This document shows positions 53,701-64,000 of a stretch of 64,000 nt of DNA, piece after piece. The notes below the pieces were generated by a model. The model was not told where the DNA came from and did not search any database. It saw only the letters and a list, made by a program, of their open reading frames with translations. Location: assembly GCA_012295275.1 (NCBI GenBank), contig CM022665.1, forward strand, positions 11,408,001 through 11,472,000. Direction: 5' to 3'. Every line of letters starts with the position of its first letter. Position 1 is the stretch's first letter. This stretch comes from Chrysomallon squamiferum. Taxonomy: Eukaryota; Animalia; Mollusca. Made by a program: the position numbers and the translations under genes.

Positions 53701-56510
53701 GATTCCACTGATAAAGATGTATTATCCCTTGTCATACATTGTTGACAAGGATAGGTTCCCAAAATAAAATAACTTTCACACCAATTTATATCACCATAAA
53801 ATGATAACTACACTTTTAAGTCTGTTAAAAATATATTAAATGAGTTATTATTTGAACACTTGTTATTCAGTAATCTTTTCAACATTTAATACTTGAGGGT
53901 TATGTGACGGACACTTGTTGTATCAGAAATATTTTCAACACATTATGTCCGAGTTTCATTTCCAACACTTGTTATTGCAGGTATGTAGACACAGTACACT
54001 GGAGTGCAGATATTGAACGTGACGTCTGTTTTCTCTGTGTCGTTCACCAGAAAAATGTGTCAGTTTGGCGAGTCAGTGGGAATGGGCCGAAACTTGGATT
54101 CAAACAAGTTCGCAAAATCAATGTGCAGCCCATACCACAAGGTTTGAAATAACTATTGGTATTAACAAGTCAGGGATAATCAAAACTGATATCCAAAAAT
54201 TTTCTTTCTTTCTCATTTGTGGTTCATAGTGAAACATTATACCCACTGCATTAGATGATTTTTATTTTTATTTACTATTGTGGAGTCATGGTTGGATTGG
54301 TAAATGTAAATAAATCATAAAACATATACCATGCTAAGTGCTGGAGTTTGGAGAAGGCTGGGCATTTTTTATTTTCATTTTTTTTCTTTTCTCTTTTTTT
54401 AGTTATTTTATTTTCATTTTTGTTTATGTTATTTTGTTTTTAATTATTTAATCATTTTTGTTGGGTTTGTATCTTATGCTAAATATTATTTATAAAATAT
54501 TTTCTTTCTTTTATTCTGTGTGTGTGTGTGTGTGTATACACACACACTCAGCTTTAGTATATATATATATATATATATATACTAAAGCTGACACAAAAAT
54601 TTAAAAAGTCTTATCTCTTCTTGTTCATTTTCCAGGTATCTTGTGGAATCCTGGAAGAGAGATTCTTTGTGTATTGAGTAGGCAGCAGTGTAGTTTTTAT
54701 TACAATCACACACAAAATAAAAGTAGTTATGCATTTCCACAGCTTGAGAGGTAAGAGCTCAAATTAACAAAATGCATTAACTATTGGAGATGCAGTTCTA
54801 TACATTTCTATTTGTTGATCCATCTATAATATTTTTATCTCTCTAGCTAATATTTCTGTCTGTATTTTGTATCTATTTGTCCTTCCATCTATTTATATTG
54901 TTATTCTTACACATTTTGTTTTATCTGTCTTGCTAGTTGTGTCTATCTGTTGAGCTAATATTCTCTTCCTTATCTATTTTTCATTTTGTCAGTCTACATA
55001 TGTACTGATATTAAAATGCATTTTTCTTTTGAAAGATTTGACATGCAGTAGAATAGCCATACTAGATTTTTTAAAGCTAGCATTAGTGAAGTTCAAGTCA
55101 GTTAAGTTTCACCTAAATGTTGTTTAATATAATTTCAGTGGCAAGTTTTCTTGTGGTTCCTGGTCAGAAGATGGCCAAAGACTGGTTGTCTGTACAGGAT
55201 CAATACTGCTGGTGAGTTTATTTATTTATTTATCATTGTTTGAAACTCATGACCTAGTGTTTTATTTGAGCTGGTTTCTTTAAGTCATAACAAATGTCAA
55301 TTACTGTTGTTTCTATAAAATTTATGATGAATCTACAATTATCAGCATCAAGATAAAATAGAAACAGGCTCATAATATGTTTTTTTACAACCTGAATGTA
55401 TTGGTGATTATTTTCTTTGCAAATAGCAAAATAATATTTTGTCTTTGTTTGAAGATGTGTGTAATATTAAATTGACATATTCTCTGTTTATGAAATTTAA
55501 AAAAAATATTTTAAAAATGGATTTCAATTTTCTGCTGTTAACAGATAAATTACTTTAATTACTTTTGGGAATGATTTTGTAAACAGGTAAAAACTTAATT
55601 AATTTCACATATATGAGTTATTAGTATGCTTTTTAGTTTGTGTTAATACTTGACCGTTGATTGTTGTTAGAGTTCACTTAATAAACACACTATTTGCATT
55701 TTAGTTACAGAAATCTGATTATCTGATAAGTAATTGCTTGCTTGAATGAACACTGAAACATTAGCATACTGGGTTTAACTTTAAAGTATTTTTTTTTATT
55801 GTTATCAATTCATTTAGTTAAACTTAAAGTTAAATGTTCATATGACAAGCCTCTTTTTGTTTTTAATATTTGATATTTATGATTAGATATTTAAGATTAG
55901 ACTCCTTTACTACTTCTGAAAAGAGTATATATATACAAATGACTATCAGGTTGATCAGCATTTTAAAAATGTATTGACTTCTACACAAGATATGTAAAAT
56001 AATTTATAACCAGATTTGTTAAATTGCTGGTTATTTAAAAATACTTGTTTTGGAAATATTTTTGTTTAAAATATATGCATAATTTAAAAAAATGAAGAAG
56101 CTGAATTGTTTGGTTGCTGTCCTTGTTTAATTATTTATTTTGTCAAAAAAGGAAATTAAATTTATTTAAGTATTGATCCATCTGGAACATGCTTAGTCAA
56201 ATATCAGTTGAAGTTAAATATTTGGTAGTTCTGACAAAATTTCCACTGTATTTTTTCCATCAGCAGAAAGGAAACTTTGATATGTTCCATCCAACAGACA
56301 ATGTGAAACAAATTACAAAAACTTGATTTCATCCCTGTAGACTGATAGATTTGTGTATTTACACATAAGAAAGCTTTTCTTGTTATTAATTTATTTTATA
56401 ATTATAGCAATAAATAATATTTAAACAGGCATCAAGATAAAGGTTTTGAGGTTTTCTTTTTCTTATATTGTATATTGTGAATTCAGAAATGCAACAATTA
56501 TTATATATTT

Positions 56511-56541
<31 letters not shown>

Positions 56542-59500
56542 TATTTTCATTTTTTTTAAAGATATATACATGGCCAGATATTGATTCATCAATCAATGAC
56601 TTCACACCAACAGTGTGGAAAATACCTCAGTAAGAAACAAAATTGTATAAATCATTTAATTTGTGTAGTATACATATACTGTATTAATAACTTAATGTGC
56701 ACTTCAATGCATGTACAATAAGCACTCAAGAGACTGTTTTATATGTCACTAGCTACCAACCTTTTGTAATAATAAAGTATCAAATATAAATGCATTAAGA
56801 CAGTATTCATACAGTAGGCCTCATGTATGTGTTTATTGATAATTTATTGCAAGCATTTTGTCTTCATTTTATTTCCGGTAACATTTTTTTAAAATGTGTT
56901 GACTTAGTCTTAACAAATATTTGTTTACACCATTTTTCATTTTTCCTGTAATTCATTGAAACTCGTATCTTTTATCTTGTTGTTTTTGTTCACTATATCT
57001 GTTACATTTATGTTGTTGTATTTGTATTTAACAGAGTTGATGGCAGTGTTATATCACTGTGCCCAGTTGCCAGAGATCTCATGGTATGTGCTGCTGAACT
57101 TCCCCTTGAACAGCTGTGTAAGGACAGAGATACTTTTCTTGTTCCAGGTATTCTTAAAAAATACATATTCATACATATGCAAATATATGTAAAGAAACCA
57201 TTTTCCAAATAAGAATTTTTTTATAATTTTTTCTTTGATGTAACAGATCAATTGTTATAATAGAAAAATACTGATGTGGCTGTGCATGAAAATGCAGTTT
57301 TAGAAACAATGTCAGTTCTATTAATACCATGTTATTTATGTAAGTGTATGCCTGACACTGTTGGGGAGAATATTTACATTTCACAAATTTAAAAGAAGAC
57401 AAAAAAAAAAATTTAAACAAAAAAATACAGACAGAAAAAAAAGAGAGATGTCGATCTCATATTTTAAAATATTTTGATATTAAATTTTTTTTTTTTTTTT
57501 TAAATATATTTATTTATATATATAGATGTGGTGAGTTCCAGTAAAAATGCAAAAATAATGAAAAGCGAAGGTGATGTTATTCAACCTTCAAACAACTTGT
57601 CACTGAAAGACAGTTTGCTAAACTTGCCAACAAATCCTAAGGTAATGTTACACTCAAACAGTTCCTTTACATATTGTGGATTAAATTGTTGTAGATAGTT
57701 AATTTAATGTGTGCTTTGCCCTGCAGTTCAATGTCAGCAAATTTAAACAGATGCTGCCAAAAAAATCTTGTATTAGACAAGAACTTGCAACATCAGAAAT
57801 AACGTGTGTGTTTTGTTTGGGTTTTTGGTTTTTTGGTGGGTTTTTTTTATAAATACTCCTAGAATAGTTTATAAAGTGTAAATTTAATTTTTTTTTTTTT
57901 TTTAAATATGATAGTACAGATCCAGAAACTTAACTGCTGAAGGAATCTTTCATTATTTATTGTTTTGTTTTATAACTTAGTTCTTTTTTTTTACTTTTTT
58001 GGTTTGTGCATTTGCATTTGTGTTATTATTATTTTTATTTTTATTGTTGTTATATGTATAATTATTACTATTATTGTTATTTGGTGTGTGTGTGTGTGTG
58101 TTAAATATGAACAGCTGAAGACAACTAACTAATTTTTGCTTGCTCTTTTTTTGTTGTTGTTTTTTTTTTATTCATGCTATGAGTAATATCTGTTGCCTCT
58201 TTCAGGCCATGCTGCATGACACTTCGCAACTGATAGTGATAAAGTTTAAAGAAAGTGTCCAAGATCCTGAGAAGATTTCATCTACTGGTATTAACAGCCT
58301 TCTTGCACCTGATCTGCTAACATATGAGGTAATTATAGTTTTCTTTTATATACATTATTCATCACTAACAGATCAGATTGTGAGAAAATAGTAAATAAAC
58401 TTAAGTCAAACTCATTCACTTGTTCAGGTGCATCTTTCAGTGGCATGAACAAAGGGCCTAAATGTTTTGTAAGCTTGAAAGTGATTATTTTGTATATTTG
58501 CAATTTGCGACCAATCTTTGCTAATAACAGAGTATCAAAATAACAAACTTGTGATGAGACATGGAGTGTGATATTTCCCCTTCTATTGTAAAATCATATT
58601 ATCCAGGAAAATATTTTTAAATGTGCAGCTAAGATTACAAAACTATAAACTGTAAAATGGTTTGTATACAACATTCAAAAGATGAGCCAGTGACTATAAT
58701 TAGTATATTCAGTAGTAATATATTTAGTAATAAGTAAAAGTGTCAGTGTTTTAATCATTGATAATCTACATATCATTTTGCCTTGTTTTTAAAATGTACC
58801 TTTGCATACCCACAGAAAAATAATTTGACAGCCACTCAGTCTTGATTAATAATGAAGCATAACAACAAAAAAATAGTTTTTTATATCGGCTGCAGCCATT
58901 TTTCTACAGTCATGATGTCATTTTACTCCTGGCAGGCTGATTTGTTCTTCTTGTTGCCAGAATAAAAATATTGCTAACACAGTTTGCACACATACTTTGT
59001 GAAGGCGTTAAGAAGGGAACATTAATTTTGTTGTATAATAGCATTATTTTATTAGTAGTAATGACAGGTAGTCCATAACAGTAAAATAATGTGGAAGCAT
59101 AAATAATTTTGTTACATCATTTATTCTGCTGCCACCATTAATTTAATAGAAGTCTTGTAACATTTGTTTTATTTTTACATTAGATATATTATTAAATATT
59201 GCACTTTCAGAGAAACAACGACATTATTGTACTGGGTAGCAATACTCAGTCTGTTTTACAAGTGTTCACACTGATAGACAACAAAATTGTTAGAGTCTCC
59301 GATATTGTAAGTTTTTTTTTTTTTTATTTATTTATTTAAGTACACTTTTAGAATGTTTCTGATTTTTAAGATAATTTATTGTTATTATTAATATATTATT
59401 ACTGTTGTTGTTTGTATTTAAGAACATTTTGGGGTTTTAATTATTTATTTTTAAATTATAAGTAAATCTGACTGTAATATACACTTCCTGTTTTAAATCA

Positions 59501-62500
59501 GCCTTTTGTCTTTTGTGTCATTGTTTGGTTTTTTGTTGTTGTTTAATTTTTTTCTCTTAAGCTGTGTATCTCCCATAGGGTTTTTTCAGTATATGTCTTA
59601 ATAAGTTTAAAAATTACTCTACAGAGTTAACCAAGAGTATTTTTAAAATGTCTGTATGTGTCCTCGCACTAATTATTTATTAATATTGGACTATTATTCT
59701 TTACTAATGATAAAGTTACACTAGTTTTTCACACATTCGTACTTACTGATAAAAATGATTGACAGAATTGTACTTGTTATTTATTTTAGAAGCTGGACAA
59801 GAATCACAGACCTAAGGGAGTGAGTCAAGTTCCTGCTGTGTTTTCAAGCACTAACACTGGTGTTCTTGTCATGTCTGGAGAAAAACAAACACATGATACT
59901 GCTTTCTTACCAACTACCACTGAATCTAAATATCATCTCTCACTGTCATACTTTCCTCTCAAAATAGGTAACTTGTTTTCATGTTTATAAAATGTTATTG
60001 TTTTAAAAGACAGAAAGAAAGGCTTCATATATTTGTTTTTAATTATTGACAGTTATATATTATATGACATTAAGCTACAGAGCAAGAATGTGCTAATTAT
60101 ATTTGTCTAATGTAGAAATTGGTGTTATGAACAAAAGTTATTTTAAATTGATAAACTTTAAAGATATATATATATATATATATACGGGGGTCATTCCATG
60201 TCAAATCACTCCAAAAAAAAAGATATTTTGAACCTTCCCATCTCAGATTTTTATGAAACTTGGTATCCTTGTTGATTGGAATGGCAGATTTGGAGTCCTT
60301 GTGATGTTGCCTTTTCAACAATACCAGTTTTATGACTATTGGCCCAGTAGTTCCTGAGAAACGAGGTTTGGCCAAATATCTCAAAATTCGGTGGACCATA
60401 TCTCCCACACCTGATTTGTTGCTATAGGATCCCAATCAACACGTATACTAAGTTTCATAAAAATCTGAGATGGTCAGGTTCAAAATACTTTCTGGGGGAG
60501 GTGATTTGACATGGAATGACCCATATATATATATAAAACTCACTGAAACAATTATACCAGTTGACATATAAGAGGTAGAAAATGTTAATTTGTCATAGAA
60601 AGAGTGAAAATAAAGCAAATTATTATTCAGGGTAATATTATGGCTTTTTGGGGGGTCTCTTGTTTTCACATAGTTTTTATTCACTACTAAATATTAAATT
60701 ACATTCAGTAATGTTAAATGATGTTTCTTTTTTCACTTTCTTTTTCTATAATACCTGATTATTTACCTTATCACCTAATTAATACATCAAACTATGATTT
60801 AATGGTTTAAAATTTATTTGTTGCTTGTTTTCAGCTTTGTAGAAGATTTTATCTTTCTTTTTTTTCTTTTTTCTTTTTTCAGATAAAACTTGGCTGAGAA
60901 ATAGTTTTTCTGGAAAACCGAGTATTCAGGTTAAGGACTCTATGCAAGTAAAGAGTTTAAGTGGGTCTCTTATCATACCAAATAGCAACAACAACAACAA
61001 CAGTAATAATAATCAGGCATCGGTATTACCACTTGAAAATGACATTAAGATTACCACCACACACTCATCAAACACAAAAGATGTTCACAAAACAAAAATG
61101 ATTCTTGTCATGAATCCTGAATCTGAGAAAAATGGCACGTTGGAAACGGAAACTGTTCATTTCTCAGATCATCCACCACTGTTTAAAAACCCAAAGACTG
61201 ACAAAAGTTCTGAAATAAATGACAGAACAAACGATGTTCCTTCTGGTGTAAAGAACATTCTGAAACAGAAAGTGGAAAGTTCGTCACTGAAGACTGATCA
61301 CTTGGAAGATTCTCTGTCTGATCGAGGAAGTTCAGTGAGCAATGACAGCAGCTGTGAAATTCTTGAACAACAGATCAGAGCACAGGTAATTTATTTAATT
61401 TACCTTAGAGAAGTCTGTCTCACTGTTGTGTTGTTTTTGACAAATCTGGTCACAAAGTACAATCAATTTATACTTAATCTGATCTGGGGCAGATCCAGCT
61501 TTTCTGATGATAAAAAAGGCATCATATCATGATGAAAAGGCACTACTGAAAAATTACACATGGTTCATATGGATCATAATATAATAGTGCTACAAGAGAG
61601 ACGCTGGCAGACGTATTTTACAGTGTTCTATACACTGACAGAAATTCTAAAAAACTAAATAAATTTGTAAAAAACCTAAAAATCCTAAATAAAAGGGGCA
61701 CTTCTCAAATCTGAGGGTGGGTCCGGATGTTTTGGACCCCCCTCTAGATCCACCCCAGCTGATAGATGTCAGACTGTTATTTTGATTGTTTTTAACAAAG
61801 CACAAATAATTCATACATAGTTTTATAGATGTCACACTGTTGTGCTAATTGTTTTTCATGAATGTGCAATTGTTGTATTGTATTTTTATTTAATCTGTAA
61901 AACTAAAAGCTGTTTAAACCAAAATTGCAATCATATGTTATAAATAACTGGAACATATTTACTAGTTATCACCTTTTTCTTCAGAGCACTGAATGAAATA
62001 GGAAAATGCATTTGAAAATACGGATTTGTTAAAATAATTAATTTGCACTTAAATGGCTTGTGAAACATTTGTTTAATCCAGATATCTTTATACATTTTCC
62101 CTTTCACAACCACTTAATCAGTAATTTAATGCATTGTGATATTGGTATTGACAGATAATGCTGAATTTGTTAAATATTTCTTGTTATAATAAGATCATCA
62201 TGATACAGATGTTGTCAGTAAAGATAAATGATTTAAAATAATTTTAAAAAACCACTAATTTCTAAACTGATTACAAAGTGTATTTAGTCATGAACTTTTG
62301 TTTTGTAGAAAGAACAAATAGAGAAACTGCAAAGAAAAATATCAGAACTTTCACAGTAAGTTTCTTTTCTTTTTTCTTTTTTAAATTTTACTTTTGATAA
62401 TTTATGATTCCTCTGTCAGCCTGATGGACAACCTGAAAATACTGTATAAATACTGTCTAGTTAAAGTTAAAAGTATTTTTTATCACTGTATTTATTAATA

Positions 62501-63533
62501 TTCATATAATCCATTTCTTTAATTCCACATTAGAAAATTTGCTTTTAATTCAGTAAAGTGAAAAAAAATGAAAATCAGCCTAATTATATTTTAAGAAATA
62601 ACTTACAATTATTTTCATAGTATTTTTCTTTCTTTCTTTTCTTTAAACACTGGTTTGTTATTTTCAGATATTAACAAAATGTTCATTTCAAGGGTAATAA
62701 AACCAAAAAACAGTTAATGATACCTTCATGTTTGATCATGCTATATATTTTATTCTAATTTCATTTTTTTATATATTTTTTTTTTTTTTACATGACTTAC
62801 AGGCAGACACATATTTGCCTAAAGCAGAATTTGTATCAGATCTTGCAACCTTCAGTTTTGTATTTTATTTTCAGAGTGGTTGAAGATGCTGCCTGTGTTT
62901 TTCCAACAAAATATCAAAGTCCAGAAAGTCCAGGTAAATATATTGATATTTAATGAAAAACTGCATTTTTAACTGTGGTACATGTTTATATAATGAAATA
63001 ACTTTTTTTTTCTTTTTTCCTTTTTTTTTAAAAGAGCATATTAAATAATTTTCTATCATTTTGTATTCAATGTATTTCCACTGAGGTTTTTTTTTTTTTT
63101 AACACCTTAATGAATTTTTCAGAGAGATTTAATATTTCTTAATAATATCATTATTTGATACAAGTACTTTATTTGGGTAGCAGTGTTATTTAATGTAATT
63201 AAGTTACATATTTTATTGTTTTAAATAAATGTATTTATTTTAATTCTACATTAATGCATCTTTCATAGGGATGTAATACTGCATAATAATATCTTTGTTT
63301 CATACCAGTACTTTATCTTGATAGCATTATTTATTGATGTAATTAAATTATATATTTTAATTTTTATAGTTATTAGCTTTTGTTCTAAATATTTTTTTCA
63401 GAAAAGGTGAAGATTTGTTGTAAGTATCTGAATGGCAGTGAAAAGTCACGGATATTCCTTCTAGACAGTGGACGTCTACAGTTGGAACCAATCAAACAAG
63501 CTTTCGGCCTGGCTACTGTGGAACTTATTATTG
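44906..63533 (+). CDS. WDCP: WD repeat and coiled-coil containing protein (WDCP/C2orf44 orthologue); 15 coding exons in window, 3' end beyond window
   Basis: Exons 44906-44960, 50306-50423, 53981-54141, 54636-54750, 55139-55211, 56562-56629, 57035-57147, 57526-57641, 58206-58328, 59211-59306, 59790-59967, 60883-61385, 62309-62355, 62875-62933, 63402-63533. All junctions are GT-AG and phases match throughout (1957 nt = 652 codons + 1, no stops). Peptides recall human WDCP: MDLG..L..SG.N.L, HGLVWTDG, PIPQG, W..DG.RLVV, ELPL, DTS.L....F, L.PDL, SNT, RPKG, GEKQ..DT.FLP, LL..G.L.L..I.Q.FGL...E. Confidence 0.92.
46420..46650 (+). repeat. 58-bp tandem repeat, 3-4 degenerate copies, in WDCP intron 1
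   Basis: GTATTAAAAAT..AA.GTCT..TCTTGTTAATTACA.TTATTATTTTTCT..CAGT at 46420, 46478 and 46536. Confidence 0.75.
46866..46990. repeat. (ACATCT)n hexamer followed by (AT)n/(GT)n
   Basis: Seen directly. Confidence 0.9.
50306..50423 (+). CDS. WDCP: WDCP coding exon 2 (AIHSRHGLVWTDGKSIYLAPVRLYSDKLEHAKSSKLGEFE)
   Basis: tttgcag acceptor, GA|GTAAGT donor; HGLxWTDG motif. Confidence 0.9.
52670..53040 (+). mobile_element. Highly degenerate SINE-like fragment(s) in WDCP intron 2
   Basis: CTGGGAAGGTTTACATAAAAGATACCTTATTGCTGGTTGGAAAAG matches the core at 7510-7556. Confidence 0.4.
53981..54141 (+). CDS. WDCP: WDCP coding exon 3 (YVDTVHWSADIERDVCFLCVVHQKNVSVWRV...VQPIPQ)
   Basis: ttgcag acceptor, G|GTTTGA donor; lies within ORF-track entry 53904-54152. 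Confidence 0.9.
54636..54750 (+). CDS. WDCP: WDCP coding exon 4 (GILWNPGREILCVLSRQQCSFYYNHTQNKSSYAFPQLE)
   Basis: ttttccag acceptor, AG|GTAAGA donor; phase 1 to 2. Confidence 0.88.
55139..55211 (+). CDS. WDCP: WDCP coding exon 5 (SGKFSCGSWSEDGQRLVVCTGSILL)
   Basis: tttcag acceptor, CTG|GTGAGT donor; WD-like WSEDGQRLVV. Confidence 0.9.
56562..56629 (+). CDS. WDCP: WDCP coding exon 6 (IYTWPDIDSSINDFTPTVWKIP)
   Basis: Poly-T..aaag acceptor, CA|GTAAGA donor; provides the required phase 0 to 2 bridge. Confidence 0.8.
57035..57147 (+). CDS. WDCP: WDCP coding exon 7 (QVDGSVISLCPVARDLMVCAAELPLEQLCKDRDTFLVP)
   Basis: aacag acceptor, G|GTATTC donor; ELPL motif. Confidence 0.88.
57526..57641 (+). CDS. 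WDCP: WDCP coding exon 8 (DVVSSSKNAKIMKSEGDVIQPSNNLSLKDSLLNLPTNPK)
   Basis: tatag acceptor, AAG|GTAATG donor; phase 1 to 0; poorly conserved loop. Confidence 0.78.
58206..58328 (+). CDS. WDCP: WDCP coding exon 9 (AMLHDTSQLIVIKFKESVQDPEKISSTGINSLLAPDLLTYE)
   Basis: ctctttcag acceptor, GAG|GTAATT donor; DTSQL and LAPDL motifs. Confidence 0.9.
59211..59306 (+). CDS. WDCP: WDCP coding exon 10 (RNNDIIVLGSNTQSVLQVFTLIDNKIVRVSDI)
   Basis: ctttcag acceptor, ATT|GTAAGT donor; SNT motif. Confidence 0.88.
59790..59967 (+). CDS. WDCP: WDCP coding exon 11 (KLDKNHRPKGVSQ...GEKQTHDTAFLPTTTESKYHLSLSYFPLKI)
   Basis: ttttag acceptor (TAG-AAG tandem), G|GTAACT donor; RPKG and DTxFLP motifs. Confidence 0.9.
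60188..60522. mobile_element. MITE / non-autonomous DNA transposon (335 bp) with ~72-bp terminal inverted repeats, in WDCP intron 11
   Basis: Left GGGTCATTCCATGTCAAATCAC...TATTTTGAACC...CCATCTCAGATTTTTATGAAACTT is mirrored by right AAGTTTCATAAAAATCTGAGATGG...GGTTCAAAATA...GTGATTTGACATGGAATGACCC. The outer 22 bp are perfect; (TA)n flanks both sides. Confidence 0.88.
60883..61385 (+). CDS. WDCP: WDCP coding exon 12 (low-complexity linker with poly-Asn; start of coiled coil)
   Basis: Long polypyrimidine tract plus cag acceptor, CAG|GTAATT donor; in frame with ORF-track entry 60942-61532. Confidence 0.88.
61484..61758. mobile_element. Non-autonomous DNA transposon remnant (275 bp) of the GGGGCGGATCCAG-terminus type, in WDCP intron 12
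   Basis: CTGGGGCAGATCCAG ... CTAGATCCACCCCAG (12/15 inverted match), internal AAAAGG(GG)CA repeats, flanking direct repeat CTGAT (61479-61483 / 61759-61763). Confidence 0.6.
62309..62355 (+). CDS. WDCP: WDCP coding exon 13 (KEQIEKLQRKISELS; coiled coil)
   Basis: tttgtag acceptor, CA|GTAAGT donor; heptad pattern. Confidence 0.85.
62875..62933 (+). CDS. WDCP: WDCP coding exon 14 (QVVEDAACVFPTKYQSPESP)
   Basis: ttttcag acceptor, G|GTAAAT donor; phase 2 to 1. Confidence 0.8.
63402..63533 (+). CDS. WDCP: WDCP coding exon 15 (EKVKICCKYLNGSEKSRIFLLDSGRLQLEPIKQAFGLATVELII)
   Basis: tttttcag acceptor, G|GTAAGA donor; resembles the recalled human [23 protein letters not shown]. Confidence 0.9.
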
Positions 63534-64000
63534 GTAAGAATATTAAATTATATACACCCTTCTCATTAATGTTTCTAGTATAAGCTGGTTTTAGTTTCTA
63601 GTAAAAAGGAAAAATAAAAATGCTAGCTATTTACCAGTAATACAGAATTGGTGGTAAGAAATCTTAGTTTAACAATGAACTGTTGTGAGTAGACCAAATA
63701 ACTATACAACAGTGATGTAAGTACAGCATTAAAATTATAAATTCTGAATGACTGGTTACTGTCTTAAGATATCAGCTTTATCCTGTGAAGGTTAAAATGG
63801 GACATATTTAGCAATAAAAATGGCAAAATATTATTCTTAATGCATATGTAATACAAATAAGTCCTTTGATTTGAGAAGGATGAAGCTGATATCTTGCCAC
63901 CGTTTTGCAGTGATTACAGGATATATATATATATATATATATATACACTGAGTGATGATTTTTTGACAGAGCTTTTGATAAACTTCCACGAAAAGATAAA

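Noticed and set aside
60097-60684. Minus-strand ORFs of 112 and 78 aa as a transposase
   Set aside because: They overlap a 335-bp MITE and its flanks; no DDE or other domain features.
60942-61532. Stand-alone 196-aa gene
   Set aside because: It is WDCP exon 12 (60883-61385) read through into the following intron.

Overview
AT-rich, microsatellite-dense eukaryotic (animal, probably invertebrate; mollusc-like by inference) genomic DNA with spliceosomal introns. Nearly all ORFs in the supplied track are microsatellite artefacts. Two real + strand genes are visible. (1) An intronless 352-aa CDS (27829-28887) with TRIM/RBCC layout in which the RING and both B-boxes have lost zinc ligands while staying in register. 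It has about 26 kb of CpG-retaining upstream DNA with several candidate alternative non-coding first exons, and a 3' UTR carrying a dimeric ~39/~76-bp minisatellite and a G-quadruplex motif. (2) A WDCP (C2orf44) orthologue, assembled by hand as 15 phase-consistent GT-AG coding exons (44906-63533, 652 codons, continuing past the window). It has a uORF ending 1 nt before the start codon and a triplicated acceptor at exon 3. CpG content drops sharply at ~45.2 kb, as expected for mosaic gene-body methylation. Three MITE-like elements, several tRNA-SINE remnants and multiple minisatellites are also present. No prokaryotic features, CRISPR array, rRNA or intact tRNA gene were found. All calls come from reading the sequence; no searches were run.
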